Below, in pieces: positions 58,629 through 64,000 of a stretch of 64,000 nucleotides of DNA. A program made the position numbers and the translations under genes. The stretch comes from an uncultured Desulfospira sp. (GTDB lineage: Bacteria; Desulfobacterota; Desulfobacteria; Desulfobacterales; Desulfobacteraceae): NCBI GenBank assembly GCA_963663165.1, contig OY760175.1:3648001-3712000 (forward strand). Reading direction: 5' to 3'. A model generated the notes under the pieces. The model did no database searches. It had not been told where the DNA came from and saw nothing but the letters and a program-made list of their open reading frames with translations. Numbering within the stretch: position 1 is the stretch's first letter; every line of letters starts with the position of its first letter.

Positions 58629-59084
58629 ATGTCTATATTTCTCGTGCAGCATGGACTCAGTCTGCCCAAAACGGAAGATCCTGAAAAAGGCCTGTCTGAC
58701 AGGGGGCGGGAGGAGACCTTGAAAATTGCCGGGGTGGCAGCCGGTTATGGCGTTAAAATTTCCAAAATTTTTCACTCCGGGAAAAACCGCTCAGAACAGA
58801 CCGCCCTGATCATGGCAGAAACCCTTAGCCCCGGCCTTGATATAGAGTTTCTATCGGGAATATCGCCCATGGATGATGTAAAGATTCTCGGCAACCGGCT
58901 TGACCCTGGTTCCGGCCATATGGTGGTAGGCCATCTCCCCTATATGGAAAAGCTGGTCACATATTTGACTTCAGGCCGGGAGGAACCCAAGGTGTTAAAA
59001 TTCCAGAATTCCGGAATTGTCTGCCTGGACCGGGATGAATCCGGCTGGTTCATCCGCTGGACCCTGAATCCGAACATTTCCTAG
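58629..59084 (+). CDS. sixA: Phosphohistidine phosphatase SixA
   Basis: LVQHG, HSGKNRSEQTA, VGHLP. Confidence 0.82.
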   Translation: MSIFLVQHGLSLPKTEDPEKGLSDRGREETLKIAGVAAGYGVKISKIFHSGKNRSEQTALIMAETLSPGLDIEFLSGISPMDDVKILGNRLDPGSGHMVVGHLPYMEKLVTYLTSGREEPKVLKFQNSGIVCLDRDESGWFIRWTLNPNIS

Positions 59085-59182
59085 TAGAACAAAAAAGCCC
59101 TGGCCAAAAATAATTTGATCAGGATTTTTAGAAAAACAACCCGGCAGGGTTCTACTCTCCCAAGTGAGACACCCTTATAGCC

Positions 59183-59325
59183 CACACCAGCCAATTGGTC
59201 GACCGGTTTGTCACAGATATCCCAATCAAATCGTGCAGGTTCGCCGGCAAGTAAAAGTCCGCGTCCTTGAGCTAAAGGTCTTACAAAAACGGATCTCACT
59301 TTTTATTAAAGCGTTGGGATACTGG
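59183..59325 (+). pseudogene. Degenerate duplicate of the tex 3' end (S1 domain)
   Basis: Aligns colinearly with 58384-58524, with substitutions and a 2-nt insertion. Confidence 0.8.
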
Positions 59326-59561
59326 TGCTTAAATTATTGGGGATATACACGCTAAACAAGTGATGGCGTATTTGCCTGCCTAAATATTTTTCCATATAAT
59401 CTTTTTCTATACAAACCCTAGTCCTTCTCTCATAAATTCTCCCTATACTCTGTTCCCGTTGGCCAACAAGCCTGTAGGATGGACAGGCTGTAAGGGTCTT
59501 CAAACGGTTGATCGATTTTTAGGGAAATTTTTTGCTGAATTTTTAATAAAAGGACAAGACA

Positions 59562-60305
59562 TTGAAAACCATAAAGTTTGTATTAACACCTCTGTTAGGC
59601 CTGTTCTTTGTGTTTCTAACAGCCTCTTTCACATTTGCTTCATCCAGTTATTTGTATGGAGAGGCTGCCGCTGGAATTGATTATGATTACATTTCCATCT
59701 CTTATACCGGCAGCTACGACCTGACCAACACGTCTCTTTTGGCTACAGCCGGGATTACCGGGCAGGATGAAATCCAGGATTCCGAGAACGCTGAACTGGA
59801 ATCCGCTGCCGGCACCTATTATGCCTGGGGGGATGCGGATATCAATGACGATACCATGGATTACCAGGATATTTACACTTTTGTCCAGGTTTCCGGAGAT
59901 GACGTTTATGGGTACAGCCAGGCCAGTGCCGGTTATTTTGGAACCTTTAAGGCCCTGACCGATGGGACACTGAAGATTTCCATTGATTATTATCTTTACT
60001 ATAATGTTCAGGCCGGTACGGCTCAGACAGTCACCTCCACAGCATCCGTTATTATCAGCATTAATGGGGAGCAGTCCGTTGAGTCCCTGTCCTTTACGGC
60101 AGTTGACGGTGATTCAGGTGCATGGGAAACCGAATGGGAAACTTTAAGTTTCTCTTATGACCTGACTAAAGGACAGATCGTTGATTTTTACATCATGAGT
60201 CTTTCTGAAACAACCGCAAGCCCGGTACCGGTTCCTAATGCCGCCCTGCTCATGGGCGCCGGCCTTGCCGGTCTCCTGGGGATCAGGAGAGCTACCAGGG
60301 CTTAA
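59562..60305 (+). CDS. PEP-CTERM-type sorting-domain surface protein
   Basis: TTG start; signal peptide; acidic Ser/Thr-rich body; PVPVPNAALLMGAGLAGLLGIRRATRA. Confidence 0.85.
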   Translation: MKTIKFVLTPLLGLFFVFLTASFTFASSSYLYGEAAAGIDYDYISISYTGSYDLTNTSLLATAGITGQDEIQDSENAELESAAGTYYAWGDADINDDTMDYQDIYTFVQVSGDDVYGYSQASAGYFGTFKALTDGTLKISIDYYLYYNVQAGTAQTVTSTASVIISINGEQSVESLSFTAVDGDSGAWETEWETLSFSYDLTKGQIVDFYIMSLSETTASPVPVPNAALLMGAGLAGLLGIRRATRA

Positions 60306-60328
60306 CTCTTTTAATTCATCCGTATAAT

Positions 60329-60412
60329 TAGTGTTTGAACGAAAAGTTACCCATCTGTGCCTCGCATCCGGGCAACTTTTCGTCCAGACACGAGTTTTCA
60401 GTCAGACACGAG
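60329..60412. repeat. Family B repeat, internally deleted copy
   Basis: tagtgtttgaacgaaaagttacccatctg...gggcaacttttcgtccagacacgag, with a duplicated cagacacgag end. Confidence 0.7.
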
Positions 60413-60644
60413 TTATGGGGCAGGCTTTGGGCCGCCCCTGTTTTTGCTAACATTTCAACTGAATTTATCAAAAAACTAACCTTATTTTTATGAGAAAATA
60501 GAACTTTTCATCCAATTTTCTTTATAAGCTAACATAATAGATTATTATCATAGAACTATTTTTTATACCAACCAAAATTTTGCTTGTCTGGACAAATCTC
60601 ATTGTGCGCTAATTCCTTACTAATAAGCTAGTGATAAAAGCACA

Positions 60645-60730
60645 AATAAGCAAGAAAAAGCCACACCCGGGGAAACCCGGGGTCGGAAAGCCAGGGGCCC
60701 TGCTCTTGTCAGATAGTCAGAACTGCCCGC
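60645..60730 (+). ncRNA. Probable c-di-GMP-I (GEMM-I) riboswitch
   Basis: gccacacc-cgggGAAAcccg-gggtcggaaagcc...gatagtcagaactgcc matches the GEMM-I layout (GNRA P2, CGGAAAGCC junction, GATAG..TGCC end); P3 pairing is imperfect. Confidence 0.62.
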
Positions 60731-60917
60731 GAACCATGGACCTGGACGTTTATAACGTATCCATCCCCAGGGACCGGTGTTGCGGTGTTCTGTGCATCTG
60801 ACAGACATGGCCGCCGGCTGCCTGCTTTGTCCGGCCCACCGGATAAAGATCGTTCCACCTTTGAAATCATCAAGCTAACTATTTTAAATTAAAGGAAAAG
60901 AGAGAAGGATTAAGATT

Positions 60918-63900
60918 ATGTTGACTCAGTGTATGTTGTCTGGAAAATTTCGGCGGACAGCCGTTTTTTTCTTCATGGCGCTGGTTGCTCTGTGTTCAGG
61001 ATTCTGTTCTTTGCCGGTCCAGGCTCAAATCGACCTGGGCTGGGAGCAGCTGGACACACCGGAACTGCCCCCCTCTATTAAAGCCTATAAAAGCACCGCA
61101 ACCCTTCCGGACGGATCAGCGGTTCAAGCCTGGTATACCATTATCGATCTCAACGACCCCAATGTCGAGATTGATGTGGCATATCCGGGACTGGAAAACA
61201 CAAACCTCACACCGGTCGAGGAGATGAACAACTCCGAAGAACCCGTATATGTGGCCACCAACGGTACCTTTTATAATACCACCACCTATGCATCTGTATG
61301 CCCGATTGTGGATGACGGCAAGATCCTGATACTGCCTCTTCAGACCGCCACTTCCGATGGGGTTACCTACTACCCCACAAGAGGGCTATGGGGGATGAAC
61401 TCGGACCGGGAAAGTCAGGTGGTCTGGGCATTTGGATCCACCGATGACAATCAGATCTTCGCATATGAGGAACCATACCCCAACAGCCTGCTGGAAGATC
61501 CCCTTCCCATGCCGACCCTGGATCCGGCCCAGGATTATGCCCCTGACGGACGGGCCATTCCCACCGGTTATGTTTATGAGCCTGCCGAAGCCATGGGAAG
61601 CTACGGCGTCCTGATCAAAAACGGTGAGGTCCTGGACTATGATTCAACCGATACGGATAATTGTGCACAGGATCTTAACTGCCACTACTGCAACGAACTG
61701 CTGGGCACCAATTTGTCATTTACCCGCCATCCCCGTACGGCCATTGGAACAACCATGGACCGCAAACATATCATCCTCCTGGTGGTTGATGGCCGGTCTG
61801 TGAATTCCGTGGGTGCAACACTGGAAGAACTGGCTGAAATCATGGAAGGAATCGGCGCCTATGACGCACTGAACCTTGACGGCGGCGGCTCCACATCCAT
61901 TACTGTGAACAACTTTGACGGGGTTCTTGAAGCGCCTTCCACCGGTAACGGGGACAACAGCTCCGACGTTCTGAACACGCCCAGCGACGGGTATATGAGA
62001 TCGGTTTCCAATTCCATTTTGATCAAACGCCGGCCCCTATATTTTGATGCCGACACAGACCAGTCCTACTATACGGAAGAAGGAGACGGCTGGTTCCCCA
62101 CCGGGAATTCCGGATCTTATCCCGATGATGACAGCCCCACGCGGCTTGTTGCTACCGTGGGTACAGATGCTCAAGGAACTGCCACGGCGTCCTTTGCCCT
62201 TGAAGGAATCGTGCCTGCTGAATACGAATTGAGCGCATATTGGGTCGGCGCGCCTAACCGGGCCGACAACGCCCCCTTTACCATTGAAAGAAACGGGTTT
62301 GATTCGACGATAGTCCGCATGGACCAGACCGATGCCGATACCCAGTTCAACAAGATCGGTACGTACCACTTAAGCGCCGATGACATCGTGAAGATCACCA
62401 ACAACGCAGACAACGATTATGTTGCCATCGACGCCTTGCGCCTGCGTTATGTTGGGGAAAGTACCCCAACGGTTACGTTAGGGTCTTCTTCCACCATGGC
62501 TGCCATTCAGAGCCAGAAGATTCAGCAGAGCGTCACTATCAGCTCGCCCAACAGCGCGGTTTTTCCCACAAAGATCAATGTGTATAAATCTGTCGATGAA
62601 GGGGAAGAAACACTTTTTGACAGCGTTGATTTTTCCGGTACCAGCCTGACCGAAACCTACACCCTTGACTATGAGGTGACCGAAACCCAGAATTCAACGG
62701 TGACATTCCGGTTTGAGGTAAAGGACAACCATCGCCATACGGTGATGACCAGCATGGATATCAATGTCATGGCCTTCAGCCTGACCTTTGATCCTGAGGA
62801 TCTGGATTCAAGCATGGAATCCGGGGATTCCCTGGCGTTCAACATCAACCTGGATACCGGCAGCCCTGAGGTCACCATGACCCGTCTTACGGTCTATGTA
62901 TCCAGAAACGGCGGGGATCAAGAAATTTATCAGTCCTATGACCTTTCCGCTTCCAGTGAAACCATTGCCTTCAGCTATCTTGCAGAAGACGAGGCCGGAA
63001 ATGAACTGACCTTTACCTTTGTGGGAACCTCCTCGGACGGCAGCCAGTCTGAAACCACCTACACGGTTGCCATTGAGCCGGCAAAGGGGGATTTTACCAT
63101 CGGGTTTATCTCAGACATGAACGGATCCTTTGGCTCCACCACCTATGATTCCTACGTACAGGAAGCCGTGGCCCTGTTTGTCAGCCAGGGTGTGGATCTG
63201 GTGATCAGTGCCGGTGACATGGTGGCAGGGCAATGCTCGACTGCTTCAACCTGTGATGAAGCCGCCATGTGGGAAGGGTTTGACACCGCGATTTACAGTC
63301 AACTCAAGGATGCCGGCATTCCCTTTTTGTTCACCCTGCAGAACCATGATGCCGGGAACAGCTGGGACCTTTCCGCAGCCATTGAATTCTGGACCGATAC
63401 GGACAATGTCCCCCAGGGCACGACCCTGACCATGGTAGATGATACGGATTACCCGAAAAACTACTCTGCTGTGCTGGATTTTGACGGAGACGGAACATAT
63501 GACATCTTTTTTGTTTCCGTATTCAACCCGGGAGACGACCTTGATGAGGATGAGCTGGCCTTCCTGGATGCTACGCTGCAATCAGAAGAAGCCAAGTCCG
63601 CCCGCCTGCGGATCGTGGATACCGGGCAGCCCCTGTACGCTGTAAGCAACCCTAGAAACTCAGCAGGCTATGTCACCGGCCCCAGGGATGAAATTACCCA
63701 AATCCTGCGCGACCGTAACGTGGACCTGTTTGTTTCAGGGGACAGTGCCGCATATTTTCCGGGCAAACGGTTTGATATCAAGATGCTGAGCCTGGCTGAA
63801 ATGGGCGGAACGGGCAAGGCATACATCGGCGAAGACCAGGTGCCGCCCACGGCTGTTACCTGTGCGAACATCTTTAAAAATGACGACTATTACGGTGAAA

Positions 63901-64000
63901 ATGCCATTGTTTTAACCACCTACGACATCTTAAATGATTTTGACATTGTCAGAAAAGAGACCCTGCCCAAAACCCTGATCGGTTTTGATGATGAATTTAT
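60918..64000 (+). CDS. Large secreted protein: phosphodiester glycosidase (NAGPA/DUF2233) domain, golvesin/CBM-like domain, Ig-like linkers, metallophosphoesterase-fold domain; continues past the window
   Basis: Frame from ATG 60918 is in frame at every point checked through to 64000 (its absence from the track fits having no stop); signal peptide ..PVQA; TNGTFY, RHPRTAIG, VVDGR, ALNLDGGGS; ISDMNG..AGDMVAGQ. Confidence 0.88.
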   Translation, partial: MLTQCMLSGKFRRTAVFFFMALVALCSGFCSLPVQAQIDLGWEQLDTPELPPSIKAYKSTATLPDGSAVQAWYTIIDLNDPNVEIDVAYPGLENTNLTPVEEMNNSEEPVYVATNGTFYNTTTYASVCPIVDDGKILILPLQTATSDGVTYYPTRGLWGMNSDRESQVVWAFGSTDDNQIFAYEEPYPNSLLEDPLPMPTLDPAQDYAPDGRAIPTGYVYEPAEAMGSYGVLIKNGEVLDYDSTDTDNCAQDLNCHYCNELLGTNLSFTRHPRTAIGTTMDRKHIILLVVDGRSVNSVGATLEELAEIMEGIGAYDALNLDGGGSTSITVNNFDGVLEAPSTGNGDNSSDVLNTPSDGYMRSVSNSILIKRRPLYFDADTDQSYYTEEGDGWFPTGNSGSYPDDDSPTRLVATVGTDAQGTATASFALEGIVPAEYELSAYWVGAPNRADNAPFTIERNGFDSTIVRMDQTDADTQFNKIGTYHLSADDIVKITNNADNDYVAIDALRLRYVGESTPTVTLGSSSTMAAIQSQKIQQSVTISSPNSAVFPTKINVYKSVDEGEETLFDSVDFSGTSLTETYTLDYEVTETQNSTVTFRFEVKDNHRHTVMTSMDINVMAFSLTFDPEDLDSSMESGDSLAFNINLDTGSPEVTMTRLTVYVSRNGGDQEIYQSYDLSASSETIAFSYLAEDEAGNELTFTFVGTSSDGSQSETTYTVAIEPAKGDFTIGFISDMNGSFGSTTYDSYVQEAVALFVSQGVDLVISAGDMVAGQCSTASTCDEAAMWEGFDTAIYSQLKDAGIPFLFTLQNHDAGNSWDLSAAIEFWTDTDNVPQGTTLTMVDDTDYPKNYSAVLDFDGDGTYDIFFVSVFNPGDDLDEDELAFLDATLQSEEAKSARLRIVDTGQPLYAVSNPRNSAGYVTGPRDEITQILRDRNVDLFVSGDSAAYFPGKRFDIKMLSLAEMGGTGKAYIGEDQVPPTAVTCANIFKNDDYYGENAIVLTTYDILNDFDIVRKETLPKTLIGFDDEF

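Noticed and set aside
58384..59325. tex 3' duplicate as a DGR template/variable repeat pair
   Set aside because: Mismatches involve all four bases plus an indel rather than adenines only, and there is no reverse transcriptase in the window

Overview
This 64-kb bacterial window has a gene content suggesting a sulfate-reducing Desulfobacteraceae-type deltaproteobacterium (inference only). From left to right it contains: a DUF4198 metal-uptake protein; two PEP-CTERM-type surface proteins, one frameshifted at an (AT)5 tract; an unannotated 35-aa membrane peptide gene with its own promoter and terminator; a ~12-kb signalling cluster (histidine kinases, receiver proteins, a REC-GGDEF cyclase, and a TonB-receptor/YfiR/hybrid-kinase module); and a minus-strand three-gene unit encoding a membrane-anchored transglutaminase-like enzyme, a 4564-aa Sec-exported beta-helix/FN3/RHS protein and a 1400-aa secreted partner. 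This last unit is the best candidate for a poorly described system. Further right are a GntR-associated TAXI-TRAP/HcnABC-like oxidase/racemase catabolic operon, vapBC, housekeeping genes (dapF, rnd, thrS, tex, sixA) and an IS1634 remnant. A third PEP-CTERM gene follows, then a probable c-di-GMP-I riboswitch upstream of a large secreted phosphodiester-glycosidase/pseudo-metallophosphatase ORF that runs off the window end and is missing from the ORF track. Non-coding structure includes two MITE types with clean target-site duplications that share internal modules, a palindromic REP-like family sitting after stop codons, and a decayed copy of the tex 3' end. No rRNA, tRNA or CRISPR array was seen. 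All calls come from motif recognition by eye; no searches were run.
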